A stretch of DNA of 64,000 nucleotides. Source: Cyclobacteriaceae bacterium (GTDB taxonomy: Bacteria; Bacteroidota; Bacteroidia; Cytophagales; Cyclobacteriaceae). The stretch covers positions 322,522 to 386,521 of the forward strand of contig CBDCHN010000007.1 in assembly GCA_965217305.1 (NCBI GenBank). Reading direction: 5' to 3'. Positions 9,226 through 18,804 of this stretch are shown piece by piece; position 1 is the stretch's first letter, and each line of letters begins with the position of its first letter. Made by a program: the position numbers and the translations under genes. The notes below the pieces were generated by a model. It was not told the DNA's origin, did not search any database, and saw only the letters and a program-made list of their open reading frames with translations.

Positions 9226-9891
9226 TCAGAAGCCGATTTGGCTGCCCAGGGTAATGGCGAAGGTTAGATTTTTTGATGCTTGGTCTTTATCGTGATCAAT
9301 CATTCCCATGTTGCATCGAAGGTCGATAAACAAAGGTAGCATGCCTGCCGAAAAGTTGATGCCCCCTCCCAGGTTGAGTCCGACATCAATCCGGTTGGCG
9401 TCCACTTCGTGGAGCAGCAAAGGATTCGGCTCATCGGTAAACTCCAGGCGCTCGTCGATGTCGTCACGAAGCAGGTTAACAATATCGTATTGTCCCTTCA
9501 CGCGCCCCCCCAGCAGATAGGAAAAGCTCAGTCCACCGTTGCCGTACACGCCCAAACGCTTGGTACCGAAGGTGGCTTTGGCTAGCATGGGCACCTCCAG
9601 GTAGTTCAGGCTGTACCATCCTTCGTAGTCGGCTAAGCCATCGTTTTTGGCCGAAAACCCCTTGGACGTGTAGAGTACTTCCGTCTGAAACGAGAATATC
9701 GAGGTTTGCGGAATGTTTACTCCCAATCCTAGCGTGAGTCCTACGCGGGGCTTCTGGCCACCAAGCGCTTCATCATTTTCATACCGGACATTAGAAATGT
9801 TTACCCCAGCTTTGGGCAATAGGGTCAACTGGGCCGAGGACTGGGCAGCGCATCCTAGGCTGATACACGCTAACAAAACTAGTTTTTTCAT
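9226..9891 (-). CDS. outer-membrane beta-barrel (porin-family) protein
   Basis: Signal peptide MKKLVLLACISLGCAAQSSAQ, alternating amphipathic strands, C-terminal ..TLGSQIGF. Start taken at the internal ATG at 9891. Confidence 0.75.
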   Translation of the reverse strand: MKKLVLLACISLGCAAQSSAQLTLLPKAGVNISNVRYENDEALGGQKPRVGLTLGLGVNIPQTSIFSFQTEVLYTSKGFSAKNDGLADYEGWYSLNYLEVPMLAKATFGTKRLGVYGNGGLSFSYLLGGRVKGQYDIVNLLRDDIDERLEFTDEPNPLLLHEVDANRIDVGLNLGGGINFSAGMLPLFIDLRCNMGMIDHDKDQASKNLTFAITLGSQIGF

Positions 9892-10101
9892 GGGGGCAGT
9901 TTTTTCAGCAAAACTACCATCTGAGAACATAGTATTAGGGGCTCAAATCGATCAGACAGTACACGAGTACCTTATCAAGAGTGTTTAAATTTAAGAACGA
10001 ACATTTAGTGGTATATACAGCAGTCGCCAACGCCCGTGGCGTGGGCTAGCGAAGATTTGCAAAGAACCGTAGCTCGGTTACATGAGTAGTGAGCGATTGA
10101 C

Positions 10102-11550
10102 CTACGCTAAAATATCCTTCACCACGTGCCCGTGCACGTCGGTGAGGCGGAAACGCCGTCCCTGGTGCTTGAAGGTTAGCTTCTCGTGGTCCACTCCCAG
10201 CAGATACATCATGGTAGCCTGGAAGTCGTGCACATGCACCGGATTGCTCACGATGTTGTAGCCAAACTCATCGGTTTGTCCGTAGGTGATGCCGGGCTTC
10301 ACGCCGCCCCCGGCCATCCACAGGCTAAAGCAGCGCGGGTGGTGGTCGCGCCCGTAGTTTTCTTTGGTAAGTTTGCCCTGCGAATAATTGGTACGTCCGA
10401 ATTCGCCGCCCCAGATCACCAGCGTATCGTCAAGCAAACCGCGCTGCTTCAAATCCATTACCAGCGCCGCCGACGGTTGGTCCACGCTCTTGGTCATGGT
10501 CTGAATGGCATTGGGCAGGTCGCCGTGCTGGTCCCACCCCTGGTGGTAGAGTTGCACAAACTTCACGTCCTTCTCGATCAGGCGACGCGCCAGCAGGCAG
10601 TTGGCCGCGAAGGTGCCAGGTTGGCGCGCCTCTTCGCCGTACATCTCGTAGATATAATCCGGCTCGCTGCTAATGTCCATGGTGTCGGGCACCGAGGTCT
10701 GCATGCGGTAGGCCATCTCATACTGCGCGATGCGCGAGTTGATCTCGGGGTCCATCACCTTATCATACTGGATATCGTGCAAGTCCTTTAGTTTGTCCAG
10801 CATGCGCCGACGACTACTTTTCTGCATGCCGGGCGGGTCGTTGAGGTACAGCACCGGGTCTTTGCTCGAGCGAAACTGCACTCCCTGGTGCAACGAGGGC
10901 AAAAAGCCGCTGCCCCATAGCTTGGCGTAGAGCGGTTGGTCGCCCTCGCGACCGCGCGAGAGCAGCACGCAGAAGGCGGGCAGGTTCTCATTATCGCTGC
11001 CCAGACCGTAGCTGATCCACGAGCCAAAGCTGGGCCGCCCGTTCTGCTGCGAACCGGTCTGGAAAAACGTGATGGCTGGGTCGTGGTTGATGGCTTCGGT
11101 GTGCATGGACTTAATGAAGCACAACTCGTCCACGATCTTGGCCGTGTGCGGCATCAGTTCACTCACCCAAGCCCGGCTCTGTCCGTGCTGCGCAAAGTCA
11201 AACACCGAACCGGCCAAGGGAAAGGACGTTTGTCCGGCGGTCATGCCGGTGAGGCGTTGGCCGTCGCGCACCGAGGCGGGCAACTCCTGCCCCACGCGTT
11301 CGCGCAGCGTGGGTTTGTAGTCGAAAAGTTCTAACTGCGACGGCCCACCGCTTTGAAAAAGGTAGATCACCCGCTTGGCGCGGGGAGCGAAGTGCAGCCG
11401 ATCAATCACCCCGCCGGGGCCATTGCTGGCCGATTGTCCAAAAAGTTTGGTAGGACTAAGCAAAGACGAGAGCGCAATGCTGCCCAACCCCAAACTGGTT
11501 TTGGTGAGGAAGTCGCGGCGGTCGATGTGTTGGTTATGGAGGAGGTTCAT
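10102..11550 (-). CDS. DUF1501 domain protein (sulfatase-like, Tat signal)
   Basis: NQHIDRRDFLTKTSLGLGS Tat leader, then ..WGGEFGRT..GRDHHP typical of DUF1501. It lies directly downstream of a PSD1-type gene, the usual pairing. Confidence 0.9.
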   Translation of the reverse strand: MNLLHNQHIDRRDFLTKTSLGLGSIALSSLLSPTKLFGQSASNGPGGVIDRLHFAPRAKRVIYLFQSGGPSQLELFDYKPTLRERVGQELPASVRDGQRLTGMTAGQTSFPLAGSVFDFAQHGQSRAWVSELMPHTAKIVDELCFIKSMHTEAINHDPAITFFQTGSQQNGRPSFGSWISYGLGSDNENLPAFCVLLSRGREGDQPLYAKLWGSGFLPSLHQGVQFRSSKDPVLYLNDPPGMQKSSRRRMLDKLKDLHDIQYDKVMDPEINSRIAQYEMAYRMQTSVPDTMDISSEPDYIYEMYGEEARQPGTFAANCLLARRLIEKDVKFVQLYHQGWDQHGDLPNAIQTMTKSVDQPSAALVMDLKQRGLLDDTLVIWGGEFGRTNYSQGKLTKENYGRDHHPRCFSLWMAGGGVKPGITYGQTDEFGYNIVSNPVHVHDFQATMMYLLGVDHEKLTFKHQGRRFRLTDVHGHVVKDILA

Positions 11551-11591
11551 TGTTAAATTAATTATTCAATTGCTGGTGATCGCGCCTTCAT

Positions 11592-11639
11592 CATCACTTC
11601 CATAGCCCAGCGTTTAAACGCTGGGCTATGGAAGTGATG
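11592..11639. repeat. perfect 48-bp palindrome (21-bp arms, TTTAAA centre) between the PSD1 and DUF1501 genes
   Basis: CATCACTTCCATAGCCCAGCG TTTAAA CGCTGGGCTATGGAAGTGATG. I checked every arm position by hand and found no U-tract on either strand. Confidence 0.9.
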
Positions 11640-11648
11640 GGGCGTCTC

Positions 11649-14600
11649 TTACCGTTTGTACACCGCCTCGTCATAATTCACCAATGTGTTGGCAACCACC
11701 GTTAGGGCGGCTAGTTGGTCTTCCGGCAAACTTTTGTCGCGCGGATGTTCGCCCACCGCCAATAAGCTATCCGCCCGGGCGGGGGCAGTCTGAAAATCAA
11801 CCTGTTCCTCTTGATACAACTGCTTGAGCAAATCCAGCTCCCGCTGGTCCGGTTCGCGACTCGTCAGGGCCTTGAAGCCGAAGGTAATCTGCTCAGCGGG
11901 TTGCTGGCCGCCTTCTTTCATCATCCGCTCGGCCAGCAGGCGGGCGGCTTCTACGTACTGCGGATCGTTGAGCAGCACCAGGGCCTGTAGTGGAGTATTG
12001 GTCTTTTGCCGTTTCACGGTGCAGAGGTACTTGTCGGAAGCGTCGAAGCTGTTCATGGAGGGCGGGGGGGAGCTACGCTTCCAGATGGTGTAGAGGCCGC
12101 GGCGGTACAGATTGTCGCCGGTGTCTTGCACGTATTCGGTTACGTTGCGCGTAGCCAGTTGCTGCCACAGGCCCTCGGGTTGGTAGGGCTTCACGCTGGG
12201 TCCGCCGATGGTATCTTTAAGCAAACCACTGGCGGCCAACGCGTTGTCGCGAATCATCTCGGCGGGCATTCGGTAGCTAGGTCCGCGGGCGAGCCACACA
12301 TTGCTCGGGTCTTTTTCCCGCAGTTCGGGCGAGGCCACCGACGACTGCTGGTAAGTTGCCGAGGTGACCAACAGGCGTAGCAACGCTTTCACGTCCCAAC
12401 CCGATTCCCGGAAGCGAATCGCTAACCAGTCTAGCAGTTCGGGGTGTGAGGGCATGCTGCCCTGGTTACCGAAGTCGTCGGAGCTTTCTACCAGCCCCTG
12501 GCCGAAGAGCATCTGCCAGTAGCGATTCACGGCCACCCGGGCGGTAAGGGGATTGTCTTCGTCGATGAGCCACTGCGCCAGTCCCAGTCGGTTGCGAGGC
12601 AAGTCGTTGGGAAACTCCATCACGCTGGCGGGAGTGGTGGGGTATACCTGCTTGGTGGGAGCGTCGTAGGCGCCGCGGTTTAGTACGAAGGTTGGCCGCG
12701 GTTCGGCCAGTTCAGTCATCACCATCACTTCGGGCTGGGCACTTAGGATGTTATTCTCCTCGCCGCGCAACCGAGTTAGTTCGGCGTAAGCCTTTTGGTA
12801 GGAAGGATCGTGGTTTTGCAGGTAATAGTCCAGCAATGCATCCTGATCTTCTGACTCCAGAAACGCCAGCACCGGATCTTCGGAACCGTGCAACGAGGCC
12901 ACTTCTACCGCACTCAGGCGACGGTCGAACAGCCGAAACTCGTCGACCACCACTCCACTAAATGACTCATCAGCCCGGTGGCCAATGTGTAGGCTTTGCG
13001 GATCGCCGCCACCCCAGGTTTCCCGGTCTTTGCCGTAGCCCAGAATGCTTCGCTTCAGATGGTCGGTGATGGTTTGCTGCCGAGCCGGTTCACCGTTGAG
13101 AAAAATTGATAAGCCATCGGCCCGGCTAGAACCATCGTAGGTGAGGGCAATGTGCGACCACTCGTTGACCGGAATCGGATCGGCAGTATGCACTTCGATG
13201 CTGTTGGCGGGCCAGGTGTGGTTGATCGTAGCGGCTAGGGTGCCGTCGGGGCGCAGCAGCAGTTCGTAGCCCCGGCTTCCGTTGAAATACCCTCCGGAAC
13301 GAGAAAGGATAGGTCCTTCCAGGCTGTCTTTCAGTGGTTTGAACCACAGACTGATCGTGAACGGCTCGTTGCGCTCGTAGAAGCCAATGCCTTTTCCCAG
13401 ATCGACGTAGCTATCGCCCCGGAGTTGCAGGGCTTGGTCAAATTTGCCTTCCACAATTTCGGGTTCTTTATCTTGCTGGCTCACCACCATATTGGCCGGA
13501 AGCTTGCGATTGGCTTTGTTCTTGAATTTATCGCCCACCGGTTTATCGAGCGAGTAGTGACCCGCTTCCTGGGTCAACGCTACGGCCCGGGCGGCCGGAC
13601 TTGCCTTGGCTTGGTCTAACCAGCGAGCAAACTTTTTCTGATACTCCTTCTGCCGAGGATCGACCTTCTTCTCTTGCTCCCTGATCTTTTCCTGCACGAA
13701 CGCCAGTTGCTGATCCACTTCCTCGTTGGTTAAGATTACCGTGGGACTGGCCTCGCCCATGTAGGGAATCTGTCCGGTTTCGTTGATGCTGTTGAAGAAG
13801 GCGTAGAGCGAATAGTATTCTTTTTGCGAAATGGGATCATACTTGTGGTCGTGGCAGCGGGCGCACTCGATGGTCAGTCCCATAAAGGCCTTTCCCAGCG
13901 TGTTGGCCCGATCAGCTACGTATTCTACGCGGTATTCTTCGGAGACAATTCCGCCCTCTTGGCTTTGCAAGTGGTTGCGGTTGAAGCCGCTGGCCAGCTT
14001 TTGCTCCTGCGTGGCATCAGGAAGCATGTCTCCGGCTAGTTGCCAGGTGATGAAGTCATCATAGGACATGTTGCGGTTAAACGATTTAATCACCCAGTCG
14101 CGCCAGGGCCACATATTGCGCATGCCGTCGTCTTGGTAACCGTGGCTGTCGGCGTAGCGGGCCACGTCGAGCCACTCGCTGGCCATGCGTTCGCCGTAGT
14201 GAGGTGAATCGAGCAGGCGATCAACCAATTTTTCGTAAGCGTCCGGCGATGAATCAGCTAAAAATGCGTCTATTTCCTCTACACTGGGTGGCAAGCCGGT
14301 CAGATCAAAGGTGACACGACGGATAAGCTTCTCTTTGGTGGCTTCTTTGCTCGGTGCCCATCCTTTTTCGGTCAGTTTAGCCGCGACAAACCGGTCCACC
14401 TCATTGACGGGCCAACCGCCAGCCACTTCGGGCACTTCCGGCTCTTCGGGTTTGATGAACGCCCAGTGAGGCTTATACTCCGCCCCCTGCTCAATCCAAC
14501 GGGTGAGCACGGCCACTTCTTGTTCAGATAGCTTGAGATTGGACTCGGGCGGGGGCATCATCACTTCAGGGTCAGCCGAGGTGATGCGGTGGTAAAGTTC

Positions 14601-14876
14601 GCTCTCGTGCGGATCGCCGGGTACAATAGCAAGGGTATTATCTTCCAGGGCGGCCAGGGCAGCTTCTTCGGTATCCAAGCGAAAGTTGGATTCTTGGTTG
14701 GCGGCATCCGGACCGTGGCAGGCGAAGCAGCGGTCGGATAGAATGGGCTTCACGTGCAGGTTGAAGTCGATTGTTTCAGGCAGTTGCGCTTCTATTTCGG
14801 CCGGAAACTCTACCCGAGCATTGCAGGAAATTAGCAGCAGTAGGCTACCGAGGATATAATAAGTGCGCATAGTCAT
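11649..14876 (-). CDS. PSD1-type protein: cytochrome c (CxxCH) + DUF1549 + LamG-like + DUF1553
   Basis: CFACHG haem motif near the N-terminus and a 1075-aa architecture typical of DUF1549/DUF1553 proteins. Signal/lipoprotein N-terminus LLLLISCN. Confidence 0.9.
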   Translation of the reverse strand: MTMRTYYILGSLLLLISCNARVEFPAEIEAQLPETIDFNLHVKPILSDRCFACHGPDAANQESNFRLDTEEAALAALEDNTLAIVPGDPHESELYHRITSADPEVMMPPPESNLKLSEQEVAVLTRWIEQGAEYKPHWAFIKPEEPEVPEVAGGWPVNEVDRFVAAKLTEKGWAPSKEATKEKLIRRVTFDLTGLPPSVEEIDAFLADSSPDAYEKLVDRLLDSPHYGERMASEWLDVARYADSHGYQDDGMRNMWPWRDWVIKSFNRNMSYDDFITWQLAGDMLPDATQEQKLASGFNRNHLQSQEGGIVSEEYRVEYVADRANTLGKAFMGLTIECARCHDHKYDPISQKEYYSLYAFFNSINETGQIPYMGEASPTVILTNEEVDQQLAFVQEKIREQEKKVDPRQKEYQKKFARWLDQAKASPAARAVALTQEAGHYSLDKPVGDKFKNKANRKLPANMVVSQQDKEPEIVEGKFDQALQLRGDSYVDLGKGIGFYERNEPFTISLWFKPLKDSLEGPILSRSGGYFNGSRGYELLLRPDGTLAATINHTWPANSIEVHTADPIPVNEWSHIALTYDGSSRADGLSIFLNGEPARQQTITDHLKRSILGYGKDRETWGGGDPQSLHIGHRADESFSGVVVDEFRLFDRRLSAVEVASLHGSEDPVLAFLESEDQDALLDYYLQNHDPSYQKAYAELTRLRGEENNILSAQPEVMVMTELAEPRPTFVLNRGAYDAPTKQVYPTTPASVMEFPNDLPRNRLGLAQWLIDEDNPLTARVAVNRYWQMLFGQGLVESSDDFGNQGSMPSHPELLDWLAIRFRESGWDVKALLRLLVTSATYQQSSVASPELREKDPSNVWLARGPSYRMPAEMIRDNALAASGLLKDTIGGPSVKPYQPEGLWQQLATRNVTEYVQDTGDNLYRRGLYTIWKRSSPPPSMNSFDASDKYLCTVKRQKTNTPLQALVLLNDPQYVEAARLLAERMMKEGGQQPAEQITFGFKALTSREPDQRELDLLKQLYQEEQVDFQTAPARADSLLAVGEHPRDKSLPEDQLAALTVVANTLVNYDEAVYKR

Positions 14877-15034
14877 TTGTGAAAAAGGCTAGTCTGAAAA
14901 GTTAGTAGTTATTGAGAAAAATGCCAGGAGCCACGTGATGATAACGTCAAATTCTTAAAAATGATTCTGAGGTTGTCGGCGACCTGCTGGGATACTAAAG
15001 TGGGGTTTACAAGCTGCGGCGGCAAAGCAGACTG

Positions 15035-15925
15035 CTAATACCTTGGATAGTTCACCATTCGTTGATAGGTGCGCAGCAGTTGGCGGGGCGAGTATCCCAG
15101 CCGAAACATGGTGAACACAACGAAGTTGGCGGCGGTCACCCGTCCGTAGCTGTTGTTCCGGTACTTACGGGCCGACACCTGCGCCTCCCGGGGCACGATC
15201 CGAAAATTGGTTTGGCGGCGCGCCCGGCGGATGAAGTCAAAGTCCTCCATCACCACGTAGTAGTTATCGTAGCCCGTTAGCTGAGCGAACAGCGCCCGAG
15301 TCACGAACAGAGTCTGGTCTCCGCCGCGGCAGGTGAGGCGGCTGAAGCGCGAAAAGTAGCTGTTGAGCGCAAGGAGCGGATGCACCGCCTCAAAGCGCGA
15401 CCGGTAGCCCCCGATCGAATAACCCATCCGAAGGCTCTCCTGAATATCGGTTAGGTAGTCGGCCGGAGGCTGGGTGTCGGCGTGCACGAAGTACAGCACG
15501 TCGCCGCGGGCCAGCTGGGCGCCGTAGTTCATCTGGTCGGCTCGGCCTTTCCAGGGGGAAAGGTGCCCCTGGGCTCCGGCTTCCTGGGCCAGCGCGACGG
15601 TTTGGTCTGTGCTGCCCCCGTCGATCACCAGGATTTCTTCTACCGCCCCTCCCGCATCAGCCAAAAGGTGCGCTACCAACGAAGCGATCACTTTTTCTTC
15701 GTTATAGGTCGGGATGATGACACTTACGCGTATGGGGTCAACTTCTGCTGGCGTTGCCGTTGGAGGAAATACAGAGGAGGGCGCAACGGATTGAGTAGAA
15801 TCTGTACGAAAATTGGTCTTCAAAGAAGTAATAATTTTTTGATCGGAAGCCACAAAAACATAATCTGTAGGCCCCCAAATTACGTAGTTGATGGAACAAT
15901 GGGTTATTCTACGAAAAGAAACCAA
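15035..15925 (-). CDS. family 2 glycosyltransferase (TIGR04283-like)
   Basis: VSVIIPTYNEE..EILVIDGGSTDQT..YFVHADT. There is no in-frame ATG upstream of the catalytic domain, and the ORF's first codon at 15925 is TTG, so the start is uncertain. Confidence 0.7.
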   Translation of the reverse strand: MVSFRRITHCSINYVIWGPTDYVFVASDQKIITSLKTNFRTDSTQSVAPSSVFPPTATPAEVDPIRVSVIIPTYNEEKVIASLVAHLLADAGGAVEEILVIDGGSTDQTVALAQEAGAQGHLSPWKGRADQMNYGAQLARGDVLYFVHADTQPPADYLTDIQESLRMGYSIGGYRSRFEAVHPLLALNSYFSRFSRLTCRGGDQTLFVTRALFAQLTGYDNYYVVMEDFDFIRRARRQTNFRIVPREAQVSARKYRNNSYGRVTAANFVVFTMFRLGYSPRQLLRTYQRMVNYPRY

Positions 15926-15951
15926 TTCTACAGTCTTTATCCCACGAAATA

Positions 15952-16785
15952 ATGAAATTTATGGTGTTATCTACTCTTTTGATCAGTTTGAGTTGCGGCC
16001 TGATGCTGTGCACCCCGGCCCCGGAAAGTGCCTCTGATTCCACTCCGCCCTCCAGCAAGGATTACCCCTACGTTGCGCTCTCCCAGGATTTGATCAAAAC
16101 CGCCCGCAACCAGGCCGATTATGCGGACATCAAAAAACAACTGGCCCAGGTTTCGCCCGAAGTGCTGGAGCAGGAACTAGACAGCGACCAGGCTAAAAAA
16201 GCCTTCTGGATCAATGTGTACAACGGATTTGTGCAACATATTTTGATGGATAACCCGGAGCTGTTTGAAGACCGAGGCGCATTCTTTGGCGAGCCGCGCG
16301 TCACCATTGCGGGTAAGGAACTAAGCTTCGACGACATTGAACACGGCATTATCCGTGGCTCGCGCGTGAAGTGGTTGCTGGGCCTGATCAAAGACCCGTT
16401 TGCCGGAAAGTACGAACGCACCTTTCGGGTGGACCAGACCGACGGGCGCATTCATTTTGCCCTAAACTGCGGAGCGAAAAGCTGCCCCTACGTGGCCACC
16501 TACGACGCCCGCTTCATGGACGAGCAGTTGGATGAAATTGCCCGGCAGTTTCTGAACCGCACCAGCACCTACCAACCCGACGAAGAAAAGGTATACGTCA
16601 CTTCGCTGTTCAGCTGGTTCCGGGGCGACTTCGGCGGAAAAAGCGGTATCAAGAAAGATTTCCTGAAGAAGTATGACGTGATTCCGGAGAACGCTGATCC
16701 TGACCTGGAATTTGACAAGTACGACTGGACGTTGGAGTTAGGAAACTACGTTGATCTGGAAACCGGACCCAAGGCGGCTGGGTGA
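15952..16785 (+). CDS. DUF547 domain lipoprotein
   Basis: LISLSCG lipobox; FWINVYNGF..IHFALNCGAKSCP is characteristic of DUF547. Confidence 0.8.
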   Translation: MKFMVLSTLLISLSCGLMLCTPAPESASDSTPPSSKDYPYVALSQDLIKTARNQADYADIKKQLAQVSPEVLEQELDSDQAKKAFWINVYNGFVQHILMDNPELFEDRGAFFGEPRVTIAGKELSFDDIEHGIIRGSRVKWLLGLIKDPFAGKYERTFRVDQTDGRIHFALNCGAKSCPYVATYDARFMDEQLDEIARQFLNRTSTYQPDEEKVYVTSLFSWFRGDFGGKSGIKKDFLKKYDVIPENADPDLEFDKYDWTLELGNYVDLETGPKAAG

Positions 16786-16787
16786 TC

Positions 16788-16852
16788 AGGATGCTGGCGG
16801 CTGGATACTGGATGTTTTTCTGCATGGCTAAGATGCTGGATCGTTGACCCGC
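16788..16852. repeat. GGATG/TGGAT-word intergenic repeat (family copy 1)
   Basis: CAGGATGCTGGCGGCTGGATACTGGATGTTTTTCTGCATGGCTAAGATGCTGGATCG. The 31-nt core 16811-16841 is 27/31 identical to 39024-39054. Confidence 0.7.
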
Positions 16853-16913
16853 TCACCGATCAGTTTGCAGGATGGAGTCCGTATAATTTAATACAATTAC
16901 TATCTTTGCTACT

Positions 16914-17459
16914 ATGAGTAGGAAGAAAGCTACCGAAGTCAGCATCCCCGAAGAAGTCATCATCAGCAAAATCTATTTGATTAGAGGGAAAAAGGTAATG
17001 TTAGACCGTGACTTGGCCGAACTCTACGGGGTAGAAACCAAACGGCTTAAAGAGCAGGTCAGAAGAAACAAAGACCGCTTTCCCAACGACTTTATGTTCG
17101 AGATGAGCAAAGAAGAACTGGAGGATTGGAGGTCGCAATTTGCGACCTCCAATCGCGAAGTGATGGGACTGCGCGTACCACCCTTCGCGTTTACCGAACA
17201 CGGAGCGGTGATGCTGGCCAGTGTGTTGAACAGCCAACAGGCTATCCAGGCCAATATCCAAATCGTAAGAATCTTCACTCGTCTGCGTGAGATGATTTTG
17301 GACAACAAAGAAATACTGCTCAAAATCGAACAGCTAGAAACCCAAACTGGCAGAAACAGCGAGGATATCAAAATGATTTTCACCGCCCTGCGGCAGCTAC
17401 TTAATCCGGATCAACCGCCCAGGAAACAGATCGGCTTCAAACGGAAGAAGGGAGACTAA
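16914..17459 (+). CDS. ORF6N (KilA-N-like) domain protein
   Basis: IYLIRGKKVMLDRDLAELYGVETKRLKEQVRRNKDRFPNDFMF matches the ORF6N domain as I remember it. The gene is AT-richer than its surroundings. Confidence 0.8.
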   Translation: MSRKKATEVSIPEEVIISKIYLIRGKKVMLDRDLAELYGVETKRLKEQVRRNKDRFPNDFMFEMSKEELEDWRSQFATSNREVMGLRVPPFAFTEHGAVMLASVLNSQQAIQANIQIVRIFTRLREMILDNKEILLKIEQLETQTGRNSEDIKMIFTALRQLLNPDQPPRKQIGFKRKKGD

Positions 17460-17583
17460 GGGCCACCACCACTACCAGCTCCCACAATCCGCCCCTTGAC
17501 AAATCAACCACCCACCGAATCGAGCGCAAAAGCTTTAGGCTCAGCAGCTAAAATCACCCAGTGACCAGTAGCCAAAAGCCAGT

Positions 17584-18764
17584 TCAAAAAGCTTCCCCAA
17601 TGGTCAGATAATAGCCGCTGGTGTTTTGGCCAAACCCAGCATCGATGCGAATGTTGATTTTCTTCTGCCGATCGAGCTGAAACCGCAGTCCGCCGCCCAC
17701 GGTGTAGCGAAAATCCTGTAACTGCATCTCAGACAACTGGGGGCCACCCCGCCGTAACTGACAAACGCTACCGCCCCCACGCGCCAAAACAGCATAGCCC
17801 GGTAGGCGGCTTGCACCGTCAGCATGCTTCGTTCACGAAACCGCCCCTCAAAGTAGCCGCGCATCCGTTTGCTGCCTCCCAACAACGCCAGTTGGTTAAA
17901 GGGCGGCGCCCCCGACTGTGCTACGCCGTAGGCGTTCAGCGCCACCACGTGGTTCCAGCGCGTGCGCACAAAAGTGCTGGCATCCACCGAAAAAGTGGTG
18001 TAATTGAAGTCGCTACCGGTCCACCCGGCGTTGCGCTGCAGCAAAGTCTCCACGTACCAACCATCGGAAGAAAAAAACACGTTGTCGCGCGTGTCGAACA
18101 AAGCCACCACGCCCGGTCCGGAGGTGTTGCCGCCCCGACTGCCCACAATTTCTCCGGCGGCCAGTTGGCCCTCTTCTTCAGTTTCGGTGATGACGAAATT
18201 CTCGTACCAGTAGCGCAAGCCCACGTACCATTTCGGATGCACCCGCTGGAGTGCCGTGAGCCGGATGCGGGGAAAGTTCACGCTGTAGGCTTCCTCCATT
18301 TCTGAAGTTGCCTGGTTGCCAATGCCAAAAAACTGGTACACGTAGCGGTAGTAGCCCACCTCCCCGTAGGTGTAGTAGTCGCCGTTGTTGACAAAGATGG
18401 TAAAGGGAAAGTAGAGCAGTAACTGCTTCTGTAGGGTGTAGGCTGCGACCAATTGCACCGACGAAGGTCGCGCGGTGAGCGAATCTTTCTTAAAATTAAA
18501 CGCGTAGACGCCCGCCACGCCGAAGCCCAAACTCGTTTCCGGAGTATAAAACACCACGGGCAGTCCGTACGGGCTGTTGCTTCGCTCAGCGGTAGAGTCA
18601 GGCGGCACCACCACTTCGGGCTCATCGGCCACCGAGGGGGTCTGCCCTTCGGCACGGGAATTAAACAACAGCCCCAGTAGGCTGATAAGAACAAGGCAAC
18701 GTGGCAAAAACGATAACGGTTGGCGCGACAAGCGAGTAAGGTAGAAAAAGACCGCGCGAATCAC
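17584..18764 (-). pseudogene. Omp85/BamA-family outer-membrane protein gene interrupted by a frameshift
   Basis: ORF 17604..18764 loses barrel-like sequence after ..VAFVSYGGVAP. Overlapping ORF 17584..17787 supplies the canonical C-terminus (..RYTVGGGLRFQLD..IRIDAGFGQNTSGYYLTIGEAF*). The frames switch inside GGGGTGGCCCCCAG (minus strand, ~17739-17752). Confidence 0.7.
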
Positions 18765-18804
18765 AAGTGCCTAGCAAGAAGCGAGAAGCCTGGCTAAGGC
18801 CCAG

